Shown one piece after another: positions 51,908 to 61,279 of a stretch of DNA of 64,000 nt. The stretch is from contig CAWHYQ010000001.1 of NCBI GenBank assembly GCA_963833705.1, positions 635,656-699,655 on the forward strand, written 5' to 3'. This stretch comes from an uncultured Chloroflexia bacterium (lineage in GTDB: Bacteria > Chloroflexota > Limnocylindria > Limnocylindrales > CSP1-4). The position numbers and the translations under genes are program-made. The notes under the pieces were generated by a model. It ran no database searches and was not told where the DNA came from. It saw only the letters and a program-made list of their open reading frames with translations. Position 1 is the stretch's first letter; the number at the start of each line of letters is the position of its first letter.

Positions 51908-52150
51908 ATGGCGCTCCCGGTCCCGGTCATCCCGCCGCAGCCAGAGGCCTTCCACCTGGCCCCGCATCGCATCAAGCGATGCACCTTCCGCCGGCTGATC
52001 AACGTCGAGGTCGGTGGCGACCGGGTCTATGACGTGGAGTGCCTGTACCCGGACCGGAAGGTCCCGATCCCCCTCGGTGACCTCGAAGCGGCGACGCCCA
52101 TCTGCAACGCCTGTGTGGCCCCGCACACCTTCCGACCCGACGAAGACTGA
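51908..52150 (+). CDS. small hypothetical protein (80 aa, 4 Cys)
   Basis: MALPVPVIPPQPEAFHLAPHRIKRCTFRRLINVEVGGDRVYDVECLYPDRKVPIPLGDLEAATPICNACVAPHTFRPDED. Third-position GC is high and the composition is protein-like. A possible promoter TTGCCG-18-TAGGCT lies at 51817-51846. The RBS is weak. Confidence 0.45.
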   Translation: MALPVPVIPPQPEAFHLAPHRIKRCTFRRLINVEVGGDRVYDVECLYPDRKVPIPLGDLEAATPICNACVAPHTFRPDED

Positions 52151-52171
52151 CCATCGGCCCCTGATGAAGGG

Positions 52172-52556
52172 AGCGTCAGCGAGGCGGTCTGTAAGCCGAG
52201 TTCTGTCCTGACCTGCCTTGCGGCAGGCAGGGATGGCCATCCATCTGGGGCCGCCGGTCGCCCGACGGCTCATGCGGCCGACCCGAGGGCTGGGCAGCGC
52301 ACCTCTCCCCCACCGACGGTCGCCCGCCCGCGGGTTGCGCCCTCCTATTTGGCCTTGCTCCGGGTGGAGTTTGCCCGTTTCACTCCGTTCGGGGGCTCAC
52401 GCCCACGACCGGCATCGTCACTGTGGCACTGGTCCTCGCCTCACGGCGGGCGGGCGTTACCCGCCACCCTGCGCTGGGGAGCTCGGACTTTCCTCACACC
52501 GCCGAGCGGGTCGCCCCACCGGCAGCGCGCGACCATCCGACCGCCTCGCTGACCGA
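52172..52556 (-). ncRNA. rnpB: RNase P RNA, bacterial type A
   Basis: The minus strand contains GAGGAAAGUCCGAGCUCC (plus 52478-52495), AGGGUGGCGGGUAACGCCCGCC, GUGCCACAG, GUGAAACGGG, CCCGGAGCAAGGCCAAAUAGG and ACAGAACUCGGCUUACAG. The P1 helix GUCAGCGAGGCGGUC (52553-52539) pairs with GACCGCCUCGCUGAC (52189-52175). Confidence 0.93.
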
Positions 52557-52609
52557 CCGGATTCTACGCTGCGTCGGGCTCGAGGCGCCGACGCCCCGTT
52601 CCCCACCCG

Positions 52610-52970
52610 CTACGACCCCTCCGCGACCGCCTCGAACGTGACGGCGCCGGCGGTGCCGTCGATGACGAGCCGCCCGGTCGAATTCGAGCGACGCGGTCGT
52701 GGCGCCGTTCAACGCGGCGTTGAACCGTCCCTCGACGGCCGAGACGTCGTCCTCGCAGGCCATCAGGGTCATCATCATCGCGCCGAACTCGATGGCCGCT
52801 CCGGTCTGCGTGTAGGCGCCGCCGTACTGGTTGCAGCCGGTCGTGCCCTGGATGCGATCGGACGCGAATGTGGCGGTCGGTTCGCGACCGGCGACCGGTG
52901 GCTGCCCGGCGACCAGGATCGCCTTCCACGACGTCCCCTCGAGGACGACCGGCTCCGTGGCGCCCGTCAC
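52610..52970 (-). pseudogene. META domain (HslJ-like) protein; one extra base near 52676
   Basis: LEGTSWKAILVAG...ATFASDRIQGTTGCNQYGGAYT...MMMTLMACEDD...FNAALNGATTASLEFD then turns Arg-rich. Removing one base restores GRLVIDGTAGAVTFEAVAEGS followed by a stop at 52610. Confidence 0.65.
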
Positions 52971-52979
52971 GCCACTGCC

Positions 52980-53513
52980 TCAGCCGCGGGACCGGCGCAC
53001 GACGGAGGCGGGTCCACCCGCCTGCGCTCGATCGATGGCGTCGTTGGCGAGTCGGTCGGCGACGCTGTTGAGCGCGCGCGGGACGTGCGCGGCCGACCAT
53101 CGATCGAACCCCGCCAAGGTGCCTCGGGCGGCCGTCCAGAGCGGGATGAGCTTGCGATCCTTGACCCGCCAGCGACCGGCCAGTTGCTCGACGATGAGCT
53201 TCGAATCGAGCAGGAGGTGGACCTCGCGAGCGCCCAGTTCGCGGGCGAGGTCGAGCGCCCGGACCACGCCCGTGTACTCCGCAACGTTGTTGGTCTGGAC
53301 GCCGAGGTAGTCGGAGATGGAGGCATCCGGCTCGGCGCGGTCGTCGCGGGCGTCGGGTCGGTCGAGGTCGAACAGCGCCGCGCCAAGGGACGCGGGACCC
53401 GGATTGCCCCGCGCGGCGCCGTCGGTGCGGATGACGAACCCACGTCGAGCCTCATCAGCCTGCGCCCCATCGGCCGGGACGGCGGCCAGGCCGGGGAACA
53501 TCGGGTCGCTCAA
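52980..53513 (-). CDS. rnhA: ribonuclease H (RNase HI family)
   Basis: IRTDGAARGNPGPASLGAA..., TNNVAEYTGVVRAL, LLLDSKLIVEQL and ADRLANDA match RNase H catalytic DEDD contexts. The TTG at 53513 overlaps the sdhB stop; an alternative ATG lies at 53501. Confidence 0.8.
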   Translation of the reverse strand: MSDPMFPGLAAVPADGAQADEARRGFVIRTDGAARGNPGPASLGAALFDLDRPDARDDRAEPDASISDYLGVQTNNVAEYTGVVRALDLARELGAREVHLLLDSKLIVEQLAGRWRVKDRKLIPLWTAARGTLAGFDRWSAAHVPRALNSVADRLANDAIDRAQAGGPASVVRRSRG

Positions 53514-54382
53514 GCGAGGTCACCATCGCCGGGCGACGAGTCGGCGGTGACCTCCTCGGCCGTACCGGGACCCTCGGTTCCTGGCGGCGTCGGCGCGCCC
53601 TGGAGGACGGGCAATTGCACCTTCGGGCTCCCGCCGTCATCTCCGCCCCGGAGCTTCCGCCACGCCCACCGGAGGGGGTCGTAGTAGGCATCGGCCACCC
53701 GTTCCTTGAGCGGGATGATGGCGTTGTCGGTGATCTTGATGTGCTCGGGACAGACCTCGGTGCAGCACTTGGTGATGTTGCAGTAGCCGATCCCGCCGCT
53801 GTCCTTCAGGTACTCGCGGCGGTCCGCCTGGTCGATCGGGTGCATCTCGAGGCCCGCCGTCCGCACTAGGTAGCGCGGCCCCATGAACGGTCGCTCGGTC
53901 TCATGGTTGCGCAGGACGTGGCAGACGTCCTGGCACAGGAAGCATTCGATGCACTTGCGATACTCCTGGACGCGTTCGATGTCCTCCTGCTGCCAGCGCC
54001 AGTCCTCCTGCGGGACGTCGGCCGGTGGCGTGAACGGCTGGATCGTCTTGTTGACCTCGTAGTTCCACGACACATCGGTGACGAGGTCGCGGATGAGCGG
54101 GAAGGCCCGCATCGGCTCTACGGTGATCGGCTCGTCGAGGTCGAAATCGGACAGGCGGGTCTTGCACGTCAGGCGCGGCCGACCGTCGACCTCGGCGCTG
54201 CACGAGCCGCACTTGGCCGCCTTGCAGTTCCAGCGGACCGCGAGGTCGGGCGCCTCGTGGCCCTGGATCCAGTGCAGGGCGTCGAGGACGACCATCCCCT
54301 CCTCCACCGGCACGTCGAACTCGTCGAAATGGCCCGGCACGTCGGGACCGCCGCGGAAGACCCGTAGGTGAGCGTCCGGCAT
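53510..54382 (-). CDS. sdhB: succinate dehydrogenase/fumarate reductase iron-sulfur subunit
   Basis: 290 aa with cluster Cys motifs CKAAKCGSCS, CIECFLCQDVC and CNITKCCTEVCP, plus a C-terminal Pro/Gly-rich tail of about 45 aa. Confidence 0.9.
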   Translation of the reverse strand: MPDAHLRVFRGGPDVPGHFDEFDVPVEEGMVVLDALHWIQGHEAPDLAVRWNCKAAKCGSCSAEVDGRPRLTCKTRLSDFDLDEPITVEPMRAFPLIRDLVTDVSWNYEVNKTIQPFTPPADVPQEDWRWQQEDIERVQEYRKCIECFLCQDVCHVLRNHETERPFMGPRYLVRTAGLEMHPIDQADRREYLKDSGGIGYCNITKCCTEVCPEHIKITDNAIIPLKERVADAYYDPLRWAWRKLRGGDDGGSPKVQLPVLQGAPTPPGTEGPGTAEEVTADSSPGDGDLA

Positions 54383-54394
54383 GCGTCCCTCCTC

Positions 54395-56218
54395 TCAGTG
54401 GTCCGCGCGGAGCAGGCGCCCGAGCGCATCGGGCAGGTCCGGGAGGGGCGATGTCGCGACCGCCATCGAGCCGTCGGGGGCTCGGGAGATGACGCTGTTG
54501 ACGCCACCCCAGCGCTCCTCGTCTATGGCCGGGTGGTCGAGGCGGCTGTGGGCGCCCCGGCTCTCGGTCCGCAGCAGGGCAGATCGCGTGATCGCCTCCG
54601 ATACGGTCAGCGAATTGCCCAGCTCGAACACGAGGTTCCATGCCGGGTTGTAGACACGGCCGCCGGTCACTCGGACCGACGCCCAACGGCGGCGCAACTC
54701 GGACAGCCGGTCCAGCGCCTCGTCGAGGTCGGCTTCGATGCGATAGATCCCCACGAGGCTCTGCATCGTCGATTGGAGGTCGCGCTGGATGGCATATGGG
54801 TCATCACCGTCGGTCCGTTCGAGGGGCGCTACCAACTCGCGCGCCGCTTCGCCGACCTGGACCGGATCGAGATACGGACCGGCCTCCTGGGCTGCCGCAT
54901 GAGCCGACGCGCCAGCGCCCGTGCGTGCACCGAAGACGAGCAGGTCGGACAGCGAATTACCACCGAGACGGTTCGCGCCGTGCATCCCGCCCGATACCTC
55001 CCCCGCCGCAAACAGACCGGCGACGGTCGTCGAGCCGGTCTCGGCATCGACCCGGATGCCGCCCATGACATAGTGCGTCGTCGGCCCCACCTCCATCGGT
55101 CCAGCGGTGATGTCGACGTCGGCCAGCTCCTTGAACTGGTCATACATCGACGGCAGCTTGCGCCGCACCGTCGCCGGCGGAAGGTAGCTGATGTCCAGGA
55201 ACACGCCGCCATGCGGTGAGCCGCGTCCCTCCTTGACCTCGGTGTAGATCGCCCGGGCGACGTTGTCGCGGGTTGACAGCTCGGGTGGCCGGCGGGCGTC
55301 GGTGGCACGTCCTTCCGAGAGGGCGGTCACCCAGGTGGTCGCCTCCTCATCGGTCGCGGCGTACTCGGCCCGCCGGTCGTCCGGCAGGTACTTCCACATG
55401 AACCGCTCGCCATCCTTGTTGCGAAGGATCCCGCCCTCACCGCGGACGGCCTCCGTCACGAGCAGGCCGCGGACGCCCGGTGGCCAGACCATCCCGGTCG
55501 GGTGGAACTGCAAGAACTCCATGTCGATGAGCTCCGCGCCAGCCTCGTAGGCGAGGGCCTGGCCATCTCCGCTGTATTCCCACGAGTTGGACGTGACCTC
55601 GTAGGCGCGGCCGACCCCGCCGGTCGCGAGCACGATCGCCTTGGCCGGAAAGACGATCGGCTGACCCGTCGTCCGCCAGTAGCCGAAGGCGCCCGTGACG
55701 CCGCCCGATCCGGTGATCAGGCGGGTGATCGTGCATTCCATGTACACCTGGATCCCAGACGCCACGGCCCGATCCTGGAGCGTGCGGATCATCTCGAGCC
55801 CGGTCCGGTCGCCGACGTGCGCGAGACGCGCATGCGTGTGGCCGCCGAACGGGCGCTGGAGGATCCGCCCGTCCTCCGTCCGGTCGAACACCGCGCCCCA
55901 CCGCTCCAGCTCTCGGACCCGGTCCGGGGCCTCCATGGCGTGGAGTTCGGCCATCCGCGGGTTGTTCATGAGCTTGCCGCCGACCATCGTGTCGCGGAAG
56001 TGGATCTCCCAGGAATCCGCGGCCGCGACGTTTCCGAGGGCCGCCGCGACGCCGCCTTCGGCCATGACCGTGTGGGCCTTGCCAAGGAGCGACTTGCAGA
56101 CGAGGCCCACGTTCGCGCCGGCCGCCTGGGCCTCGATCGCCGCGCGCAGCCCGGCGCCGCCCGCGCCGATGACCAGCACGTCGTGCGCGCGGGTCTGGGG
56201 TCGGGTCGAGTCGGCCAT
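54395..56218 (-). CDS. sdhA: succinate dehydrogenase/fumarate reductase flavoprotein subunit
   Basis: The internal ATG at 56218 gives MADSTRPQTRAHDVLVIGAGGAGLRAAIEA (FAD dinucleotide fold). HPTG and RLGGNSL motifs are present. Confidence 0.9.
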   Translation of the reverse strand: MADSTRPQTRAHDVLVIGAGGAGLRAAIEAQAAGANVGLVCKSLLGKAHTVMAEGGVAAALGNVAAADSWEIHFRDTMVGGKLMNNPRMAELHAMEAPDRVRELERWGAVFDRTEDGRILQRPFGGHTHARLAHVGDRTGLEMIRTLQDRAVASGIQVYMECTITRLITGSGGVTGAFGYWRTTGQPIVFPAKAIVLATGGVGRAYEVTSNSWEYSGDGQALAYEAGAELIDMEFLQFHPTGMVWPPGVRGLLVTEAVRGEGGILRNKDGERFMWKYLPDDRRAEYAATDEEATTWVTALSEGRATDARRPPELSTRDNVARAIYTEVKEGRGSPHGGVFLDISYLPPATVRRKLPSMYDQFKELADVDITAGPMEVGPTTHYVMGGIRVDAETGSTTVAGLFAAGEVSGGMHGANRLGGNSLSDLLVFGARTGAGASAHAAAQEAGPYLDPVQVGEAARELVAPLERTDGDDPYAIQRDLQSTMQSLVGIYRIEADLDEALDRLSELRRRWASVRVTGGRVYNPAWNLVFELGNSLTVSEAITRSALLRTESRGAHSRLDHPAIDEERWGGVNSVISRAPDGSMAVATSPLPDLPDALGRLLRADH

Positions 56219-56237
56219 CGGGGTCGGTCCGGATCGC

Positions 56238-57044
56238 CTAGAAGCGGATCGCCGGGTCGGTGATGACCCCGAGGGCCAGCAGGCGGACATAGACGTCCGT
56301 CATGGCCACCGAGATGAAGCTCACCCAGGCCCAGGCCATGTGGTGCCGATTGAGCGTCGTGATCCGCTGCCACAGCGTGTACTGAGTGCGCTGACGACGC
56401 GTGCAGGAGAAGCAGTCGAGGCGCCCGCCGGCGAGGTGGCGAAGCGAGTTGCAGGACAGCGAGAAGCCCGACAGCAGGGCGACGTTGACGAAGAAGATGA
56501 CGCTCCCGAGGCCGAGGCGCAGATGGCCCTCGGGCACGAGCGACCCGAAGGCGTCGACCCACAGGAAGAACAGCGGGATGAACGCCAGATACAGGAAGTA
56601 GCGGTGGAAGTTCTGAAGGATGAACGGGAACCGGGTCTCCATCGCGTAGGTACGGTGGATCGTCGGCTCGCCCACGGCGCAGCCGGGCGGATCGGCGAAA
56701 TAGAACCGGTAATAGGCCTTGCGGTAGTAGTAGCAGGTCGCCCGGAACCCCAGCGGGATCCACAGGATGAGCAGGCCGGGGCTGATGAACGCCGGGAGCC
56801 AGGCGGGCGCGATGAGCGGCGAGAACAACGGGGACAGGTAGCCGTCCACCTCGTAGGCCGTCCCGAACAGCGGCGTCCAGACGATCCCGGAGAAGAACAG
56901 GTAGAAGGCGAGGACGGTGAACAGCATCCCCTGGACCGACGGCGCGACCCACCAGCGGTCGATCCGCCGGGTGACGGCGAAGCCGCTCGGCGCGGTACCG
57001 GGCGGCTTGCGCGGGACGCGCAGGACGGCGGGGAGCTCGGTCAT
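56238..57044 (-). CDS. sdhC: succinate dehydrogenase membrane anchor, single-subunit type (resembles the mycobacterial Sdh1 SdhC-type anchor)
   Basis: The ATG at 57044 overlaps the icd stop (ATGA). The 268-aa product has about 5-6 hydrophobic helices and is not the classical small SdhC/SdhD pair. It contains SCNSLRH...DCFSC. Confidence 0.65.
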   Translation of the reverse strand: MTELPAVLRVPRKPPGTAPSGFAVTRRIDRWWVAPSVQGMLFTVLAFYLFFSGIVWTPLFGTAYEVDGYLSPLFSPLIAPAWLPAFISPGLLILWIPLGFRATCYYYRKAYYRFYFADPPGCAVGEPTIHRTYAMETRFPFILQNFHRYFLYLAFIPLFFLWVDAFGSLVPEGHLRLGLGSVIFFVNVALLSGFSLSCNSLRHLAGGRLDCFSCTRRQRTQYTLWQRITTLNRHHMAWAWVSFISVAMTDVYVRLLALGVITDPAIRF

Positions 57045-58063
57045 CTGGCGGCCGGTGCGGTAGCCAGTCGCGCGATGATCGCATCGGCGAAGGCACTCGT
57101 CCCGGCCGTGCCGCCGAGATCGGCGGTGGTCGTGACGCCCTCGGCGATGACGTCGCGGACGGCAGCCTCGAGACGACTCGCCTCCTCGGGATAGCCGAGG
57201 TGCCGCAACATCAGCCCGCCCGACAGGATCATCGCGGTCGGGTTCGCCCGGTCGAGACCCGCGTACTTCGGTGCCGAGCCATGGACGGGCTCGAAGACGG
57301 CAGCCTCGATGCCGATGTTGGCCCCGGGCGCCACCCCGAGACCGCCGACCAGCCCGGCCGCCAGATCGCTGACGATGTCGCCGTACAGGTTCGGCAGGAC
57401 CAGGACGTCGTACAGCTCGGGCTTCTGGACGAGCTGCATGCACATGTTGTCGACGATTCGGTCCTCGAACTCGATCCGCCCCTCGTAGGCGGCGGCCACG
57501 GTGCGGCAACTCTCGAGGAAGAGCCCGTCGGACAACTTCATGATGTTGGCCTTGTGGACCGCGGTGACCTTGTGCCGGCTGTTGGCGACCGCGTACTCGA
57601 AGGCGAACCGTGCGATCCGCTCGGACGCCTCGCGGGTGATGATCTTGATGCTCTCCGCGGCGTCACGGCCGACCATGTGTTCGATGCCCGCGTACAGGTC
57701 CTCGGTGTTCTCGCGGACGATGACGAGGTCGACGTCCTCGTAGCGCGATTCCACACCGCGCATCGACCGGGCGGGTCGCAGGTTCGCGTACAGGTCGAGG
57801 GCCTGGCGGAGACCGACGTTGACGCTTCGGAACCCGCCGCCGACTGGCGTGGTGATCGGGCCCTTCAGGCCCACCTTCGTGCGGCGGACGGAATCGAGGA
57901 CGGCCTCTGGGAGCGGCGTGCCGTACTTCGCGAGGGCGGCCTCGCCGGCCTCGACCGTCTCCCACTCGAAGGCGATGCCCGTCGCCTCGAGGACACGGCA
58001 GGTCGCCTCCGCCAGCTCCGGACCGATGCCGTCGCCGGGGATGAGGGTGATACGGTGGGCCAT
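57041..58063 (-). CDS. icd: isocitrate/isopropylmalate dehydrogenase family enzyme, most likely NAD-dependent isocitrate dehydrogenase
   Basis: The ATG at 58063 gives [48 protein letters not shown] and [19 protein letters not shown] are present. 340 aa, co-operonic with sdhCAB. Confidence 0.8.
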   Translation of the reverse strand: MAHRITLIPGDGIGPELAEATCRVLEATGIAFEWETVEAGEAALAKYGTPLPEAVLDSVRRTKVGLKGPITTPVGGGFRSVNVGLRQALDLYANLRPARSMRGVESRYEDVDLVIVRENTEDLYAGIEHMVGRDAAESIKIITREASERIARFAFEYAVANSRHKVTAVHKANIMKLSDGLFLESCRTVAAAYEGRIEFEDRIVDNMCMQLVQKPELYDVLVLPNLYGDIVSDLAAGLVGGLGVAPGANIGIEAAVFEPVHGSAPKYAGLDRANPTAMILSGGLMLRHLGYPEEASRLEAAVRDVIAEGVTTTADLGGTAGTSAFADAIIARLATAPAAR

Positions 58064-58101
58064 GGCCCGATTGTAGCGACGCGGCAGGGCCGACGCCGAG
58101 A

Positions 58102-58132
58102 CGGCCGACCTCCCGTTGTTGGGTTGGTCGGC
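58102..58132 (-). terminator. 8-bp hairpin GGCCGACC...GGTCGGCC between the PD40 gene and icd
   Basis: Read directly. It lies 17 nt after the stop of 58149-59384 and has a 15-nt loop, so it is weak. Confidence 0.35.
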
Positions 58133-58148
58133 CGCGGAATCTCCAAGG

Positions 58149-59384
58149 TCAGGGAGCCTGACGCCCCCAGGTCGGGGCCGTGACGGCGGCGTAGTCCAGC
58201 TGGATGCCCGGACCGCCGGTCGGCTCGAGGATCCATGACGTCCTGTCGGAGTTGTAGAAGGCGAGGACCTTCGTGCCGTCTGGCGAGAATCCCACCTCGG
58301 CGCCGCCGGTCTTGTCGGGCCGTGCAGGACCGATCGCGGTGACCGGACCACCATCGACAGAGCCGATCATCAGCTGGTAGGAATCGGCGCCATAGCGCTC
58401 GAAGACGAGCTTGGTCCCATCGGGCGACCAATGTGGCCGCTGGTCCGGCACCGTCCCGTCGAAGGCGATCCGGCGATCAACGCGAGTTTCGACATCGACG
58501 ACGTGGATCTCGCGCTGATCGACCCCCTGGATGGAATAGGCCACCTTGCTCCCGTCCGGTGACAGGGCCGGTTGCTCCGGATCCGACACCGTCGGTTCGA
58601 TGATGGCGCGGAGGCCGGATCCATCGGTCTGGACGAGGTAAAGCCCGACCAGACCGACGGTGTCCATCGCTGTCGCCAGGAAGATCAGTTCGTGACCGTT
58701 CGGTCGCCACTGCGGATATTCGAGGGCGAAGAACAGCGAGCCGGGCACTCCCTGCGTCACGATCGTCGATCCCGTGTCGGGACCGACGATCGACACCCCT
58801 TCGTACCCGGCGACCGCGAGCTTGGCGCTGTCCGGCGACCACGCCATCGAGACAGGCGCGTCCGGCATTCCGGTCAGTTCGCGGACCGCCGAGCCGTCCG
58901 TATTCGCCACGAAGGTGGCGGTCGTCTCGGACCCGGCATCCCGACGAATGAACGCGAACCTGGTCCCGTCCGGTGAAATGAGCGGACCGGTATCGGTCGC
59001 CCGTCCGGTCACGATGGGACGCGCTCTGTTCGTGGCGGTGTCGATGGCGTAGATGTCGCCATCGGCTGCGGCGTACAGGACATTACCCTGCGCGGCCGGG
59101 CCGAACGGCGATGGCAATGGTCTTCGTGCGCCCGTGACCAGGACGACCGTCCCGATCGCGATGAGCAGGCCAAGGACGACCAGGAGCCAGGCCATCCTGG
59201 GCACCTGTGCGAAGCGGACGGTCGACTGCATCGGGAGCCACCTTTCGGGGCTCGACCACCACGGCCGTTGTCGGGTCCGGGTCGTCCGGGTCAGGACCTC
59301 GTCGAGGTAGCCGGGCATGCCTTGCCCGGCCTGCTCGTCGAGCCAATCCGAGACGGTCCGGTCGAAGCCATCGATGAGCGTCAT
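58149..59384 (-). CDS. membrane protein with an extracytoplasmic TolB-like PD40 beta-propeller; candidate anti-sigma/sensor partner of the upstream ECF sigma
   Basis: The ATG overlaps the sigma stop (ATGA). A cytoplasmic domain of about 60 aa is followed by one TM segment ([20 protein letters not shown]). Repeated SPDG-T/S-x-hydrophobic PD40 units follow ([50 protein letters not shown]). Confidence 0.75.
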   Translation of the reverse strand: MTLIDGFDRTVSDWLDEQAGQGMPGYLDEVLTRTTRTRQRPWWSSPERWLPMQSTVRFAQVPRMAWLLVVLGLLIAIGTVVLVTGARRPLPSPFGPAAQGNVLYAAADGDIYAIDTATNRARPIVTGRATDTGPLISPDGTRFAFIRRDAGSETTATFVANTDGSAVRELTGMPDAPVSMAWSPDSAKLAVAGYEGVSIVGPDTGSTIVTQGVPGSLFFALEYPQWRPNGHELIFLATAMDTVGLVGLYLVQTDGSGLRAIIEPTVSDPEQPALSPDGSKVAYSIQGVDQREIHVVDVETRVDRRIAFDGTVPDQRPHWSPDGTKLVFERYGADSYQLMIGSVDGGPVTAIGPARPDKTGGAEVGFSPDGTKVLAFYNSDRTSWILEPTGGPGIQLDYAAVTAPTWGRQAP

Positions 59385-59938
59385 GCCAGACGGCCCTCCG
59401 GGATCTCCGACCGAGGTCGGGCATCGGCGTCGAGGGCCGCGCGCATGGACCCGAGCGCACGGTGGAGGCGCGATTTCGCCGTCCCGAGCGGGATCCCGAG
59501 CACGATGGCCACCTCCGGCAGTGGCAGGTCGAGATAGTGGTGAAGGACGATGAGCGCCCGCGCCTCCGGCTCGAGGCGGCTGAAGCCACGGTCGAGCTGG
59601 TCGCGGTCGTTGATCGACGACGTCATATCGCCGACCAGCGGTGAATTGATCGGAATGAGTTCCACGTCGACGCGATGGCGCCGGAGCCGGCGCGCCTCAT
59701 CGATACAGGCGCGGTAGAGCAGCCGGTGGAGCCAGGCGTCGAAGCGGTCGGGACTGCGCAATGTGGGCAGGTCACGCCAGGCTCGGACGAGCGTCTCCTG
59801 GACGGCGTCCTTGGCCTGATCGGGATCGCGCAGGATGAGCCGGGCGGCGGCATCCAGCCGGAAGAGCGCGGCGCCTGCCAGCGTGGCGAAGGCGTCATGA
59901 TCGCCCCGCTGCGCTCGCTCCACGAGTTCCTGCTGCAT
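59381..59938 (-). CDS. ECF (group IV) RNA polymerase sigma factor
   Basis: Region 2 (DAVQETLVRAWRDLPTLRSPDRFDAWLHRLLYRACID) and region 4 (LEPEARALIVLHHYLDLPLPEVAIVLGIPLGTAKSRLHRA) are present. The start is ATG 59938, or ATG 59980 (+14 aa). The rest of track ORF 59381-61303 is antisense shadow of sucC. Confidence 0.85.
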   Translation of the reverse strand: MQQELVERAQRGDHDAFATLAGAALFRLDAAARLILRDPDQAKDAVQETLVRAWRDLPTLRSPDRFDAWLHRLLYRACIDEARRLRRHRVDVELIPINSPLVGDMTSSINDRDQLDRGFSRLEPEARALIVLHHYLDLPLPEVAIVLGIPLGTAKSRLHRALGSMRAALDADARPRSEIPEGRLA

Positions 59939-60103
59939 CACGCCCCTCGGCGGTGGCGCGCCCGACGTGGTCGCGCTCATCGAGTATGGCGAGGCGACCC
60001 CCCCGGACCGTTCCGATTCCATCGTCGCACACGCTGCCGCTCGGCTACCATCTCCCTCCCCGGCCCTCGGCGGCCGCCCCGCCACGCTCGGAGTCCGCAA
60101 CGC

Positions 60104-61279
60104 GTGAAGATCCAGGAAGCCGACGCGAAGACATTGCTCCTGGCCCAGGGCCTGCCCGTCCCGGCCTGGGAGGTCGCGCACACGGTCGACGAGGCACGTA
60201 CGGCCGCCGAGCGCCTGCTCGCGGGTGGCGCCGGCCAGGTCGTCATCAAGGCCCAGGTCCTCGTCGGCGGTCGCGGCAAGGCCGGCGGCGTGAAGCTGGC
60301 GGGTTCGGCGGACGAGGCGGCGACCGTGGCCGGCGCGATCCTCGGCATGGACATCAAGGGCATCACCGTCCGCAAGGTGCTCGTGGCACCTGCCGCCGAC
60401 ATCGTCCGCGAGTTCTACATGTCGGCGGTCCTCGACCGGGCCGCCGGACGCATCCTGCTGATGGGCTCGGCCGAGGGTGGCGTCGAGATCGAACAGGTCG
60501 CGGTCGACCACCCGGAGGCGATCCTCCGTCGCCACGCGGACCCGCTGCTTGGGCTGCTCGACTACCAGGCTCGCGAATTCGCGTTCGGGATGGGTCTCGG
60601 CGGCCAGCTCAAGGCCGCGGTGGCGGTCGCGAAGGGCCTGGTCCGCACGATGCTGGCCTATGACGCGGACCTCGTCGAGATCAACCCGCTGGCGATCGTC
60701 CGCGAGCGCGACGCGGCGGGGGCAGCCGTCGAGCGGCTGGTCTGCCTCGACGCGAAGGTGACCCTGGACGACTCCGCATTGCCCCGTCACCCCGAGCTGG
60801 AGGCGTTGCGCGACCCCGACGAGGAGGACCCCGCGGACCGCGAGGCTCGCGAAGGGGGGCTGACCTTCATCAAGCTCGACGGCACGATCGGCTGCATGGT
60901 CAACGGGGCGGGCCTGGCGATGACCACGATGGACCTCGTCAAGCGCGCCGGTGGCGAGCCGGCCAACTTCCTCGACATCGGCGGCGGGGCGCGGGCGGAC
61001 AAGGTCGCCGCCGCGATGCGGATCATCCTGGCCGACCCGAAGGTGAACGCGATCCTGGTCAACATCTTCGGCGGCATCACGCGCGGCGACGAGGTGGCGC
61101 GAGGGCTCATCGAGGCGCGCGCGCAGCAGGTCCGCGACGTCCCGATGGTCGTGCGGATCGTCGGCACGAACGCGGCCGAGGCGGCTGTCCTGCTCGAACA
61201 GGCCCGATTCGCGACCGCGGCGTCCCTGGACGAAGCCGCGGCCAAGGCCGTCGCCGCATCTCGCGGGACGGTGGCGTGA
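60104..61279 (+). CDS. sucC: succinate--CoA ligase (ADP-forming) subunit beta
   Basis: The GTG at 60104 gives (M)[33 protein letters not shown] and the ATP-grasp domain are present. Confidence 0.9.
   Translation: MKIQEADAKTLLLAQGLPVPAWEVAHTVDEARTAAERLLAGGAGQVVIKAQVLVGGRGKAGGVKLAGSADEAATVAGAILGMDIKGITVRKVLVAPAADIVREFYMSAVLDRAAGRILLMGSAEGGVEIEQVAVDHPEAILRRHADPLLGLLDYQAREFAFGMGLGGQLKAAVAVAKGLVRTMLAYDADLVEINPLAIVRERDAAGAAVERLVCLDAKVTLDDSALPRHPELEALRDPDEEDPADREAREGGLTFIKLDGTIGCMVNGAGLAMTTMDLVKRAGGEPANFLDIGGGARADKVAAAMRIILADPKVNAILVNIFGGITRGDEVARGLIEARAQQVRDVPMVVRIVGTNAAEAAVLLEQARFATAASLDEAAAKAVAASRGTVA

Noticed and set aside
52218-53684. 488-aa plus-strand ORF.
   Set aside because: It covers the RNase P RNA gene and is antisense to the META and rnhA genes. 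The sequence is Arg/Pro-rich.
59981-60103. An autoregulated ECF promoter (GGAAC...CGTC) upstream of the sigma factor gene, and a 7-nt C-run at about 59998-60004.
   Set aside because: A GGAAC is present, but the spacing to any GTC-type -10 is about 11-12 nt instead of 16-17. The homopolymer is short and intergenic, so I saw no support for phase variation.
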